Positions 20,062 to 29,560 are shown, numbered from the whole stretch's first letter. The stretch is DNA of 62,837 bases, filler included, from Candidatus Tectimicrobiota bacterium (GCA_016193065.1; 6 parts of 6 records of this genome joined end to end with filler, not necessarily neighbours in it), one strand, 5' to 3'. A program made the numbers and translations. Notes: a model not told the origin generated them from the sequence alone.

Positions 20062-20406
20062 TTATTTCCCCTGCAGGTAGTCGCCGAGCTGGAAGCGGGT
20101 GTGCTCGTCCTCGTGGCAGTAGATGCAGAGGTTTTCCCAGTTGCTGCCGTCGGGGGGATTGTTCAGGTGGTTCCCGTCTTTGTGGTGGACCGTGAGCAGG
20201 TGGAGGTTTGAGGCATCAAACTCCCGGCCGCACTTGGCACAGATCCAGCCGTGAATGGCCAGGGAGCGCTCCCGGTAGTCTTCCTTTCTGGCCGCCTTGG
20301 CCTTGAGCTCCGCGATGAACTTTTCCATCTCCTCTTCGTTCATCTTCAACGGCGAAGCAAAAGAGCGGCCTCCTCGCTTCTTCGGGACAAATCTCCTGCC
20401 TGCCAT
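20062..20406 (-). CDS. yajD: YajD-family HNH nuclease
   Basis: YRERSL, CAKCGREF, LTVHHKDGNHLNNPPDGSNWENLCIYCHEDEH. Confidence 0.85.
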   Translation of the reverse strand: MAGRRFVPKKRGGRSFASPLKMNEEEMEKFIAELKAKAARKEDYRERSLAIHGWICAKCGREFDASNLHLLTVHHKDGNHLNNPPDGSNWENLCIYCHEDEHTRFQLGDYLQGK

Positions 20407-20491
20407 CTCTTTCAAGCCTCCACCGGGAAAAAGCGTTTTCATTAAATCACAGGCCTCAGAGAGGATCAAGAGGCGTGGAGCGGAAGCGATC

Positions 20492-21066
20492 TTATGACTC
20501 TTTCAGAACCTCTTGGATCGCTTTTAGTCCCTGACGGGCCGGCAGGTAGGAGGGTTCGTAGCGGAGGGCCTCCTCAAACTGTTCACGGGCCTGGCGGTAC
20601 TCCCGGCGCATGAAATGAATGCGCCCTCGGTTGAAGTGAGCGTAGTGATAGCAGCAGTAGCGCTTGGCGCGCATGGCCTTTTCCAGGTAGGGGATCGCTT
20701 CTTCCAGGCGGCCCAGCTCGATCAGGTAGACACCGATGTCGTTGTAAGGATTCCCAAACTCGGGGTCCAGGGGAATCGCCTTCTTTGCCTCTTCCAGGGC
20801 CTCCTCCAGGCGTCCCATGTTTCCGTAGGTCCAGCCCAGAAACGTCTGGGCCTCGGCCGTGGGCTTGAGTGCCAGGGAGCGTTTGAACAGACCAATCGCC
20901 TTCTCGTGCTCGCCGAGGAGGCCTAGCAGGTAGCCCAGCTCGTAGAGCTGCTCAGGCGTGGGATTCTGGGCAAGGACCGGAGGATTTGCGACAACGGTTA
21001 CAGTCAGGAGGGCAACGAGAGCGGCCCCGATCCGCTTCCGTAAGAATCCCCCGGGGGGCGAAGTGG
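20492..21066 (-). CDS. TPR protein, 5' end at contig edge
   Basis: Frame open upstream of the listed Met (TAEAQTFLGWTY); DPEFGNPYNDIG and AHFNRG TPR repeats. Confidence 0.8.
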
Positions 21067-21166
21067 NNNNNNNNNNNNNNNNNNNNNNNNNNNNNNNNNN
21101 NNNNNNNNNNTTAATTAATTAANNNNNNNNNNNNNNNNNNNNNNNNNNNNNNNNNNNNNNNNNNNN
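21067..21166. other. Artificial contig spacer
   Basis: N-TTAATTAATTAA-N. Confidence 0.99.
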
Positions 21167-21240
21167 ACGCCCGCATGTACCTGGACATACGCCGCCTCTT
21201 CCTCGATTCCTAAAGATTCCCTTGTCCCCTTTCATTCATT

Positions 21241-21370
21241 CTTCCCCCTTGATGGGGGAGGATCAAGGTGGGGGTAAAATCAACTTCTACCCTGGGCCAG
21301 GCATGGAAAGCATGAGTACTGCTCAATAATTCCCTCTCCCCTTGGGGGAGAGGGTCAGGGTGAGGGGGGA
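21241..21370. repeat. Two REP-like palindromes
   Basis: CCCCCTTGATGGGGGAGGATCAAGGTGGGGGT (related copies at about 23208-23242 and 24255-24295) and CCCTCTCCCCTTGGGGGAGAGGGTCAGGGTGAGGGG. Confidence 0.7.
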
Positions 21371-21427
21371 TTCAGGTGGAGGTGGAGTAGATGTGGGGGT
21401 GAAAAAAGTCTCTCCCCGGGGCAGGCC

Positions 21428-21467
21428 AAATTGGTCTTTACAGGGTAAAATATCATGGTAAATTGGT
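21428..21467 (+). promoter_or_regulatory. Putative promoter with direct-repeat operator for the MocR regulator
   Basis: AAATTGGT repeated 32 bp apart, overlapping TTTACA-16 nt-TAAATT. Confidence 0.45.
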
Positions 21468-21626
21468 ACGGTTCTGTAGACCGGAACACAACGGCGCTTG
21501 GTTCGGCCTCGGGTGCTAATCCCATTCGCAAGCCCTCCGCCGTTCGCCCTCACCCGGAAACCGGGTACCCGGTCGAAGGGTGAACGGAGGGTTATTCAGC
21601 GGCCAGGTGCTGAGATCGGGGGAAAG

Positions 21627-23174
21627 ATGGAACTCGGATTTCGCTTGGAGCGGGAGAGCTTTCAGCCCCTCTACGTGCAGATCAAGGAGCACCTGCACCG
21701 CCTGATCGAGAAGCGGCTGTTGCTTCCCGGTGTGAAGCTTCCTCCCAGCCGCGACCTGGCCCAGCAGCTTCAGGTGACGCGGAGCACGATCAACAGCGCC
21801 TACAGTGCTCTGCTGAGCGAGGGGCTGGTCGTGAGCGAGGTAGGCCGAGGCACATTCGTCTCCGGCAAGGTGGCTGCGCCTGCCTCGGGGGCCGAAGCCG
21901 GCCAGGGGCCGGAGCCCGATCTGCCCGGCGTCGTGGATTGGGACCAGCAATTTTCCCGGCGCGGACTTTTACCTGAGCCCTCCTTCTGGCCGGGCGTGGA
22001 ACCCTTCCTACTGCGGCCGCAGACCATCTCTTTCATCGGCGGGGTTCCGGACAGCGCACTCTTTCCCATCGATCTCTTCCGCAAGGTTCTCAACGCCGCC
22101 CTCAAGAAAGAAGGGAAGGCGCTCCTCCAGTATGGCAACGTGAGCGGCTACCCGCCGCTCAAGCGCTACCTGAGCACCTACCTGCTGGGCCTGGGGATCG
22201 AGGCTCCCGAGCGCTCCATCCTCATCGTGAACGGCTCCCAGCAGGGCCTGGATCTGCTGGCCCGCGTCCTCCTGGATCCCGGCGACGCCGTCGTGGTCGA
22301 GAACCCTTCCTATCCGGGCGCCCTGGACGTCTTCCGCTCCAACCGGGCGGAGCTGCTGCCGGTCCCCATGGGGGAAGACGGTCTGAGCCGCGAGGCTCTG
22401 GGCCGGATCCTGCAGCGCCAGCGCCCCAAGCTCATCTACACGATCCCCACGTTCCACAACCCGACCGGAATCACGCTCAGCGCCGAGGGGCGCCGGGAAC
22501 TGCTCGCCCTGGCCGCCAGACACCAGGTTCCCATCGTGGAGGACGATTACGACGGGGAGCTGCGCTACGAAGGCCCGCGCCTGCTGTCCCTGAAAGGGCT
22601 GGACCCGGCAGACCTGGTCATCTACACGGGCACCTTCTCCAAGATCCTGTTCCCGGGCCTGCGGCTGGGCTGGATCGTGGGGCCGGAGCCGGTGATGGAG
22701 CGGCTGCGGGCGGCCAAGCAGATCTCCGACCTGCAGACCAGCCCCGTGCTGCAGGCCGCTCTCTACCACTTCTGCCAGAAGGGATTGCTCACCAAGCACA
22801 TGGAGCACATCCGCAAGGAATACCGCGGGCGCCGCGATCTCCTGCTGGAGAGCTTGCAGAAGCACATGCCGGCGGGGGTGTCCTGGACCCGGCCCGTAGG
22901 AGGGCTCTCCCTCATGGTGCGGCTGCCGGACCCACTGAACAGCCTGGACCTGCTGCCCCGGGCGGCCGAGGAAGGGGTCGTGTTTCTGCCCGGACCCGTC
23001 TTCTTTGCCGCCGGAGGAGGGGAGCGGGAGCTGCGCTTGAGTTTTTCCGCCGTGCCGGCAGGCCGGATCGAAGAAGGAGTGCGCAGGCTCGCGCGGGTCG
23101 TGCGCCGGATGATTGCGGATCAGAAGAACAAACCACCCAGGCCGAGGTTGCGCGAACGCGCCCCGGTGCTCTAG
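21627..23174 (+). CDS. MocR/GabR-family regulator (GntR HTH plus PLP aminotransferase domain), probable PdxR
   Basis: PLYVQI, KLPPSRDLA, GRGTFV; NGSQQGL, HNPTG, EDDYD, GTFSKILFPGLRLGW; upstream of pdxST. Confidence 0.9.
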   Translation: MELGFRLERESFQPLYVQIKEHLHRLIEKRLLLPGVKLPPSRDLAQQLQVTRSTINSAYSALLSEGLVVSEVGRGTFVSGKVAAPASGAEAGQGPEPDLPGVVDWDQQFSRRGLLPEPSFWPGVEPFLLRPQTISFIGGVPDSALFPIDLFRKVLNAALKKEGKALLQYGNVSGYPPLKRYLSTYLLGLGIEAPERSILIVNGSQQGLDLLARVLLDPGDAVVVENPSYPGALDVFRSNRAELLPVPMGEDGLSREALGRILQRQRPKLIYTIPTFHNPTGITLSAEGRRELLALAARHQVPIVEDDYDGELRYEGPRLLSLKGLDPADLVIYTGTFSKILFPGLRLGWIVGPEPVMERLRAAKQISDLQTSPVLQAALYHFCQKGLLTKHMEHIRKEYRGRRDLLLESLQKHMPAGVSWTRPVGGLSLMVRLPDPLNSLDLLPRAAEEGVVFLPGPVFFAAGGGERELRLSFSAVPAGRIEEGVRRLARVVRRMIADQKNKPPRPRLRERAPVL

Positions 23175-23293
23175 CTTTTGTACCCTCTCCCTCGTTTTTA
23201 AATTATCTCCTCCTCCTTGATGGGGGAGGATGAAGGTGGGGGAGAAGTAGACCTGGGGGTGAGAAGGAAGCAGGCATGAACGTGGGTAATGGA

Positions 23294-23323
23294 CCGTTCG
23301 TGGTGAGCCTGTCGAACCACGAA
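23294..23323. repeat. REP-like element family B
   Basis: CCGTTCGTGGTGAGCCTGTCGAACCACGAA; related copies at about 55192-55245, 57232-57264 and 57295-57327. Confidence 0.75.
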
Positions 23324-23377
23324 AAAGAATTTTCCAGCTCTTTCGGTTAGACAGGTTATTGCAACAAGGAGGGACTC

Positions 23378-24176
23378 ATGGAAACAGGGACTCTGAAACT
23401 AAAAACGGGCCTGGCGGAAATGCTCAAGGGCGGCGTCATCATGGACGTCACCAACGCGGATCAGGCCCGCATCGCCGCAGACGCGGGGGCCGTGTCCGTC
23501 ATGGCTCTGGAGCGAGTGCCTGCGGACATCCGGGCTGAGGGCGGCGTGGCCCGCATGGCCAGCCTGCGCAAGATCAAGGAGATCATGAAGTGCGTCACGA
23601 TCCCGGTCATGGCCAAGGTGCGCATCGGCCACTTTGTGGAGGCCCAGATCCTCCAGGCCATGGGCGTGGACTACATCGACGAGAGCGAGGTGCTCACCCC
23701 GGCTGACGAGCATTTCCACGTGGACAAGTTCGCCTTTGCCGTGCCCTTTGTCTGCGGCTGCCGCAACCTGGGCGAGGCCCTGCGCCGCATCGGCGAGGGG
23801 GCGGCGGCGCCTGACGGCCATGCGCCCCGACGAGCTGATGCGGGAAGCCAAGGAGATGGGGGCGCCCTACGATCTCGTTTGCCTCGTGGCCCAGACCGGC
23901 AAGCTCCCGGTGCCGAACTTCGCGGCGGGCGGCATCGCCACACCCGCCGATGCGGCCCTCATGATGCAGCTTGGGGCGGAGTCCGTGTTCGTGGGCTCGG
24001 GGATCTTCAAGTCCGAGGACCCGCCCGCCCGGGCCCGGGCCATCGTGGAAGCCACGACCCACTACAACGATCCCGATATTCTGGCCCGAGTGACCGAGGA
24101 ACTGGGAGAGGCCATGCCCGGCCTCGACATCGCCACACTGGACCGCGGCGCGCTCCTTCAGCAGCGCGGCATGTGA
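23378..24176 (+). pseudogene. pdxS: PLP synthase lyase subunit with internal deletion and frameshift at about 23805
   Basis: [13 protein letters not shown]...[12 protein letters not shown] in one frame and [12 protein letters not shown]...[20 protein letters not shown] in another; MIRTKG segment absent. Confidence 0.88.
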
Positions 24177-24302
24177 GCAAATGTCACTTCCTCCCCGATA
24201 CGCGAGGATCAAACCAGTTATCTCCTCATCGATGGGGGAGGATCATCCCAATAATCTCCTCCCCCTTGAAGGGGGAGGATGAAGGTGGGGGTGAAAAGAA
24301 GC

Positions 24303-24893
24303 ATGAAACTCATCGGCGTCCTCGCACTGCAGGGCGACTTTGCCGCTCACCAGCGCGCCCTGGATCGCCTGGGCGTCGCCTCCCGGCAGGTGCGAAACCT
24401 TCGGGATCTGGAGGGGATCAGCGGCCTCATCCTGCCCGGCGGCGAGAGCACGACCCTCTTGAAGCTCCTGGATTCCTCGGGCCTGAAGGAAGCCATCGTG
24501 GACTTCCACCGCCAGGGGCATCCTCTCTTCGGCACCTGCGCGGGGCTCATCCTTCTCTCCCGGCAGGTCCTCAACCCGGAGCAGCCTTCCCTGGGCCTCA
24601 TCGACGTCACCACCATGCGCAACGCCTACGGGCGCCAGAAGGAGAGCTTCGAGACCACCGGAGAAGCCAACTTCGGAGAAGATCCTTCTCTTCCCATGGT
24701 CTTCATCCGCGCTCCCCGCATCGTCCGCCTAGGTGAGAGTGTCACACCGCTTGCCTCCTACCAGGGGGAATGCGTGATGGCCGGCCAGGACAAGGTTTTG
24801 GTCGCTACCTTCCACCCCGAGATGACGGACGACACCCGTGTCCACCGCTACTTCCTGGACATGACCTCCAACGGGAGCCTATCCAGCTCCTGA
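24303..24893 (+). CDS. pdxT: PLP synthase glutaminase subunit
   Basis: [36 protein letters not shown]. Confidence 0.95.
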   Translation: MKLIGVLALQGDFAAHQRALDRLGVASRQVRNLRDLEGISGLILPGGESTTLLKLLDSSGLKEAIVDFHRQGHPLFGTCAGLILLSRQVLNPEQPSLGLIDVTTMRNAYGRQKESFETTGEANFGEDPSLPMVFIRAPRIVRLGESVTPLASYQGECVMAGQDKVLVATFHPEMTDDTRVHRYFLDMTSNGSLSSS

Positions 24894-25191
24894 TTTTCCC
24901 ATCTTGACTGAGGCCACTCACTCGACCTAGACTCTCTTCATCGTCTCAATCATTGCAGTTCTTCCCGAGACCTGGGAGGAGGATTCATGGGCGAGGACCC
25001 CGTTGCCAGACGCTCTGAGAGCCGCCTGGCTTTAGTCCGCTGTCGCGGACTTGGAAGAAAGGGTTCTCTTTACACGTTGTTGGAACTGTTATAAAAGTGC
25101 TACCAGGGCTAGGCAGTTATTACCTGAGCTATTCAGAAATCAGAGGGAATTATGCCGAAGAACATCCTCAGGAGTTAGGCTCCCGAATACG

Positions 25192-25893
25192 ATGACATCT
25201 ACGAGTGACATTCAGGCGCTGTTCGAGGAAGTTCGGAAGCGGTGTGGCGTGATTCAAGCGTGCTTGCCCAAACGAAATGACCCGGTCTCGATATCTCTTA
25301 AAGCAAAGATTCCGTTTAAGGCCCTTGAATACAGGGAGGCCTTGATCTGGAGAGCGAGCGAACTAGCCAGTACTGCTTGCCGGCTACTGGAGGAGGGCGA
25401 GTTAGCGGCCGGAACCTTACTGGTGCGGGGGCTGATGGAGACCAGCGCAGCATTGTGGTTCCTTAACCGAAAGATCAAGGATGTTGTGGACGGCCACAGG
25501 GTCGGATCCATAGATGAGGATCTAATGCGCCTCTTGATGGGCAGTCGAACGGACCTTACCACCTACGAGTCATTCAACGTCCTGACTCTTGTGGACAAGA
25601 TAGCCCAAGAAATCCCTAGCTTCCGCCGCGAGTACGAGGCGTTGAGTCAAATTGCCCACCCAAACTGGTGTGGAACGATGATGCTCTATTCCAGACCAAA
25701 TACAGAGAAGATCTGGACGGATTTCGGAAAGCACGTGCGGGACAATGAGTCGGTGGTAAAAGTGGGCCTAATTAATTTGAATGCCGGGCTCCAGATATTC
25801 GAGTATGCCTATAACCAAATTGTGGATCTGATGCCCAGATTCATAGAAATCTGCGAAAAAGCTCTCGATGACTCAGTTGAAAGCGCGCGCTAA
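25192..25893 (+). CDS. Hypothetical helical protein (DUF5677-like)
   Basis: LVRGLMET and YEALSQIAHPN patterns; atypical codon usage; GTTAGGC just upstream. Confidence 0.6.
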   Translation: MTSTSDIQALFEEVRKRCGVIQACLPKRNDPVSISLKAKIPFKALEYREALIWRASELASTACRLLEEGELAAGTLLVRGLMETSAALWFLNRKIKDVVDGHRVGSIDEDLMRLLMGSRTDLTTYESFNVLTLVDKIAQEIPSFRREYEALSQIAHPNWCGTMMLYSRPNTEKIWTDFGKHVRDNESVVKVGLINLNAGLQIFEYAYNQIVDLMPRFIEICEKALDDSVESAR

Positions 25894-26027
25894 CTCGCTC
25901 GGGTCCTGGCGTGAAGATCGATTCCGCAATAGTAGAGGTGCCGTTTGGTTTAGAATCACGTTTGGGGGCTCCTCTTCTCCGTAGTGTGGGCAAACACGAG
26001 CATACCAGGCGGCATGCTTGCCAAGGG

Positions 26028-26107
26028 GCCTCAATGAGTATCAGCTTGCTGCAGGTGACGGAGGCCGAGCAATCGATGGGCTGCAGCGGCTGAGTACCAA
26101 GTTAGAC
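26028..26107 (+). other. attC-like imperfect palindrome
   Basis: GTATCAGCTTGCTGCAG pairs with CTGCAGCGGCTGAGTAC with bulges; ends in GTTAGAC (GTTRRRY); left core site is degenerate. Confidence 0.45.
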
Positions 26108-26150
26108 AGACACAGCGTTGATGGTGACACTCGAGAGGATCGCAAACGCG

Positions 26151-27653
26151 ATGACTCAGCCGAGAGTATTCATTAGCTACAGTCACAAGGACAAGCTGGT
26201 TGCCAAATACCTCGCCGCCCATCTACAGGAACGCGGAGCGGAGGTATGGGTTGATGAAGGCGAGATCTTGGTCGGGGATTCATTGCTTGCCAAAATAGCT
26301 CAAGGTGTCCAGCGGGCCAGCTTCGTTATAGCCATTATCTCCCGGAACTCGATCGGTTCTCGGTGGGTAAGGAAGGAGCTTGCTATCGCGATGCACAAAG
26401 AGGTCTCCGGTAGGAGAGTAGTTGTGCTTCCAGTAAGGGTCGATGACTCCGGGCCGCCCAATTTCCTGAAGGACAAGCTCTACTGCGACCTCTCAGCAGA
26501 CGCCATCGACTGGAATGCAGAGTTGTCACGCCTCTTCCGGTCGCTTGGGCTCACCTCAGGCGCTCATGGAACTCTCGCGGAGAACACACCGCTCCCACTC
26601 TCGTTGACAATCCCGGCGGTCTTCAGCCAGCACAGAATCCTAGAGAGTAACTGCTGGGGGTTCGGTCACTTTGTGGCCGACGACGTCTGGACTGGTGGCA
26701 TCTATATCCCTGTTCGTCAACGGGCCTTAGGGCGTGTTCTGGCGGAGACACCCGCTCCCCTGAGTCGAAGCGTCCCCCGCCGCATCAAAGCCCCACCTAC
26801 CAGCAGGGTTCTGACTCTCTCGGCTGTCTCGGAATACAAGCCAGGCGCAGCCCTTCGGATTAGAGGACTGGCTACATGCGACACGTTTGCCCGTCGGAGA
26901 GGCTTCTGCGCAGTCTGCTACGGCGGTGATCCAATGACTGGTGCGTTTGTCCGCCGCGCCACTCAGGTTGGCCGCTCCGCCGCCACCTCTATTTTGACGG
27001 CTCTGGAGCGCGCTCAAGACATCTCGGCTGTCACCCGGCTTTTCGAGGCCGGGCCGGCTCCAGGTCGTATGGTCCTCTCTCCGGCGGACGGTGTGGTTAG
27101 ACTCGAGCGCACCGCGACCGGCACCCTGCGCATAGCCGTAACTGACGATTCTGGTGAGTGTTTTAATGTCGTGACCAAGGATGATCCGACCGTACCCGAA
27201 GGCGACCGCGTGTGGCTCGGGCAGGCCTTGACTCAGGGCGACCCCTCACCGCATGACTTGTTGCAGATGTTTGGCAATAAGTTCGTTGAACGCCATCTGG
27301 TTACAGAACTAGCTGCAGCCTTCATGCGCCAGGGGATCCGAATCCCCGAGCGCGACCTGGAGCTCCTCGTCGCGGTCATGACTTCCTACGTTAAGGTCGA
27401 GGGCGGCAATGAGCAAGACGCGTTGGTCCGACGGCATAAGGGAAAGGCACTTCCGAGGCGTAAGTTCTTCTCCACAAATAATCGTTTGTTGAGGCTAGGT
27501 CGGGAACCAATTCTCGCGAGGCCCCTGGTTCTGGGCGTAAGTGAGATCTTTCACCTGGAGCGTGCACTGGTCGCTGACTTAGCACGCAATCAGCGTAGGT
27601 GGCGTCTAATCCCTACGAGGTCCCCGGTTGTCAAGGGCAGAAAACTTACGTGA
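26151..27653 (+). CDS. TIR domain fused to a degenerate RNA polymerase beta-prime (RpoC) C-terminal fragment
   Basis: VFISYSHKDK...SRWVRKEL...VLPVRVDD (TIR); LGRVLAE, CDT..GFCAVCYGGD, TRLFEA, EGDRV..GQALTQG..SPHDLL, QGIRI..RDLELLV, LVLGVS match RpoC segments in order. Confidence 0.88.
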   Translation: MTQPRVFISYSHKDKLVAKYLAAHLQERGAEVWVDEGEILVGDSLLAKIAQGVQRASFVIAIISRNSIGSRWVRKELAIAMHKEVSGRRVVVLPVRVDDSGPPNFLKDKLYCDLSADAIDWNAELSRLFRSLGLTSGAHGTLAENTPLPLSLTIPAVFSQHRILESNCWGFGHFVADDVWTGGIYIPVRQRALGRVLAETPAPLSRSVPRRIKAPPTSRVLTLSAVSEYKPGAALRIRGLATCDTFARRRGFCAVCYGGDPMTGAFVRRATQVGRSAATSILTALERAQDISAVTRLFEAGPAPGRMVLSPADGVVRLERTATGTLRIAVTDDSGECFNVVTKDDPTVPEGDRVWLGQALTQGDPSPHDLLQMFGNKFVERHLVTELAAAFMRQGIRIPERDLELLVAVMTSYVKVEGGNEQDALVRRHKGKALPRRKFFSTNNRLLRLGREPILARPLVLGVSEIFHLERALVADLARNQRRWRLIPTRSPVVKGRKLT

Positions 27654-27757
27654 CGAAAACTCTTCGCCTCAAAGAGAACAACATCCGGGGTAAATAGTTG
27701 GGTGTTGTCCGACAATTCAGGCATTATCCCTTGTCAAATAGCATCGGGAGATAATCC

Positions 27758-27940
27758 ATGATTCGACGAACATCAGGTTCAAAAGATCCAGATATTCAGG
27801 CTTCAGCCAAGGCGCTGCGTCGAGCGGCGCGGCGGGCCAGAGAGCTTGGCATGCAGATGGGCACGCCCGTCTACGTGGTACAGCGTGGCCAAATCATTGA
27901 TCTAACCAAGCAAAAGCGCTTGCGTGTCAGAATGAAGTAG
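27758..27940 (+). CDS. Small basic protein, antitoxin-like
   Basis: GGGAG RBS; ALRRAARRARE...GTPVYV pattern recalled from small partners of ATPase/zeta-type toxins. Confidence 0.55.
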   Translation: MIRRTSGSKDPDIQASAKALRRAARRARELGMQMGTPVYVVQRGQIIDLTKQKRLRVRMK

Positions 27941-28107
27941 CGCCGCTCGGCCCTTCATTGGGAGAAAGGTGCAAGCGCTCTCACTGACGAGGAACTCGTC
28001 GCGGCGGTATGCTCAGGAGGGGGTCTCACTGAGTAGGAGGTGCCTGGAGTCGGCGCACGCGGAGACCGTGCGCCGGCGGCAGAGTGTTAGAGACTAGAGG
28101 AAAACCT

Positions 28108-28428
28108 ATGGACGAAGACGACAGGATCATCCCAAGTGGCCCGTTCAAGGGGAAGAAGGTTGAGTTCGCTCCCACCACGGGGATCGACATGTTTTTGGAC
28201 ATTGCCGAGGATTTCATGAGACGGATCTTTGATTTCGAACCGGGGAATTACCTCATCACGGATGAATCGAGTCACTCTGATTTCACAGGTCTGGACGAGA
28301 TGGATATGTCGGACATCCACAAGAAGATTCGAGAGGTATATGATCTGGATCCTTCTGACGTCCCATCCGGAAATCTGCTGGAGATTTTCCTCCGGATTCA
28401 CCGCAGCAAGTATGGTTCGCCGTCATAG
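28108..28428 (+). CDS. Hypothetical acidic protein
   Basis: GAGG RBS; preceded by a hairpin and GTTAGAG. Confidence 0.55.
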   Translation: MDEDDRIIPSGPFKGKKVEFAPTTGIDMFLDIAEDFMRRIFDFEPGNYLITDESSHSDFTGLDEMDMSDIHKKIREVYDLDPSDVPSGNLLEIFLRIHRSKYGSPS

Positions 28429-28618
28429 ATAAGTCCTCGATCCGACTTGGAAGAGCACGTCCATCCTGCCCTTTCCCCCCATCGAGGGGGAAGGAATTGG
28501 GTTTACAGCGGCCATCCGGCATGCTCCGCGGCGGACGGCTTGCCTCTTTCTTGTCGGGTGTCCGCCTCTGAAGTAGAGGATTAGATTTCCATATTAAGAG
28601 ATTTTTCCCTGCTCGTGC

Positions 28619-28665
28619 TTGACATGTTGTTGAAGGCCCCTTAATATACGTATTGAGCACGTATA
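28619..28665 (+). promoter_or_regulatory. TA operon promoter with palindromic operator
   Basis: TTGACA-17 nt-TAATAT overlapping TATACGT-N7-ACGTATA. Confidence 0.7.
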
Positions 28666-28685
28666 CAAGAGAAGGGACCCGCATA

Positions 28686-28916
28686 ATGCAAAAAAAGCTA
28701 ACCATCACCGTCAATGAGAAAGTGTATGAGGGCCTGCACAAAGTTGTGGGCCGCCGTCGCATTAGCCGGTTTATCGAAGAGTTGGTCCGTCCATACGTCC
28801 TGAACCGGGAGCTTGAAGCCGCCTATCAGCAGATGGCCAAGGACGAGGCACGCGAAGCAGAGGCTTTGGAATGGTCAGAGGCCACGGTTCGAGATGTCGG
28901 CGATGAAACGCGGTGA
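28686..28916 (+). CDS. Type II antitoxin (RHH-like)
   Basis: MQKKLTITV...[11 protein letters not shown]...[19 protein letters not shown]; overlaps the toxin. Confidence 0.8.
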   Translation: MQKKLTITVNEKVYEGLHKVVGRRRISRFIEELVRPYVLNRELEAAYQQMAKDEAREAEALEWSEATVRDVGDETR

Positions 28917-29244
28917 GGTGTGGTGGGTGAACTTCGAAGCGGCTGTTGGTGGCGAGATTCGCAAGAAACGACCAGCAGTTATTATCAGCAACGATGCCTC
29001 AAACAAATATCTGAATCGTATTCAGGTTATACCACTGACGAGTAATGTTGATCGACTCTATCCAAGTGAAGCGCCTGTCACGCTGAAAGGCAAGCGGAGC
29101 AAAGCTATGGCGGATCAACTCACGACGGTCAGCAAAGCACGATTGATAAACCGAGTGGGGAGGCTGTCTGAGATAGATATGCAGCGGGTGGAGCGTGCTG
29201 TGCGCATGCAACTTGGCCTGTCCGGCCTCATGGAAGAAATCTAA
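28903..29244 (+). CDS. PemK/MazF-family toxin
   Basis: [41 protein letters not shown]. Confidence 0.92.
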   Translation: MKRGEVWWVNFEAAVGGEIRKKRPAVIISNDASNKYLNRIQVIPLTSNVDRLYPSEAPVTLKGKRSKAMADQLTTVSKARLINRVGRLSEIDMQRVERAVRMQLGLSGLMEEI

Positions 29245-29255
29245 CCCCTTGGTGA

Positions 29256-29324
29256 CACTGGTATGAAGCCCATGGCATCGGAAGGAGAGACCTCAGGATC
29301 AAGCGGTACCTGGAGGAAACATGA
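29256..29324 (+). pseudogene. 3' remnant of the upstream partner of the next gene
   Basis: HWYEAHGIGRRDLRIKRYLEET* with no start (in-frame TGA before it); stop overlaps the next ATG (ATGA). Confidence 0.5.
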
Positions 29325-29560
29325 GGCAGCCGACAAAGCCCTTTGCCCTGTGTATTGATAACACCGACTACCAAGCCTCGTTGATCGCCGGCAAGGTGTA
29401 TCGGATCATCCGGGATCCGAAAGCGGCCAAGGACGATTTGGTGCGGATTGTGGATGAGAGCGGCGAGGATTACCTCTACCACAAGAGTCACTTCGTCTTC
29501 GTTGACTTCCCCAAGGCTGTCACGAAAAAGATACTGTCGCTCCACACTACGACGGTCTAA
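29321..29560 (+). CDS. Small conserved hypothetical protein
   Basis: FALCIDNTDYQASL...RIVDESGEDYLY; GGAGG RBS; stop lies within GTCTAAC. Confidence 0.7.
   Translation: MRQPTKPFALCIDNTDYQASLIAGKVYRIIRDPKAAKDDLVRIVDESGEDYLYHKSHFVFVDFPKAVTKKILSLHTTTV

Noticed and set aside
23378-24736. 452-aa ORF in the track
   Set aside because: Only the first ~142 aa are PdxS; the rest is out-of-frame read-through caused by the deletion.
26630-27560. Annotating this region as rpoC or an rpoC pseudogene
   Set aside because: It is in frame with a TIR domain, has no stops or frameshifts, is highly diverged, lacks catalytic motifs and is not next to rpoB; better read as a domain fusion.
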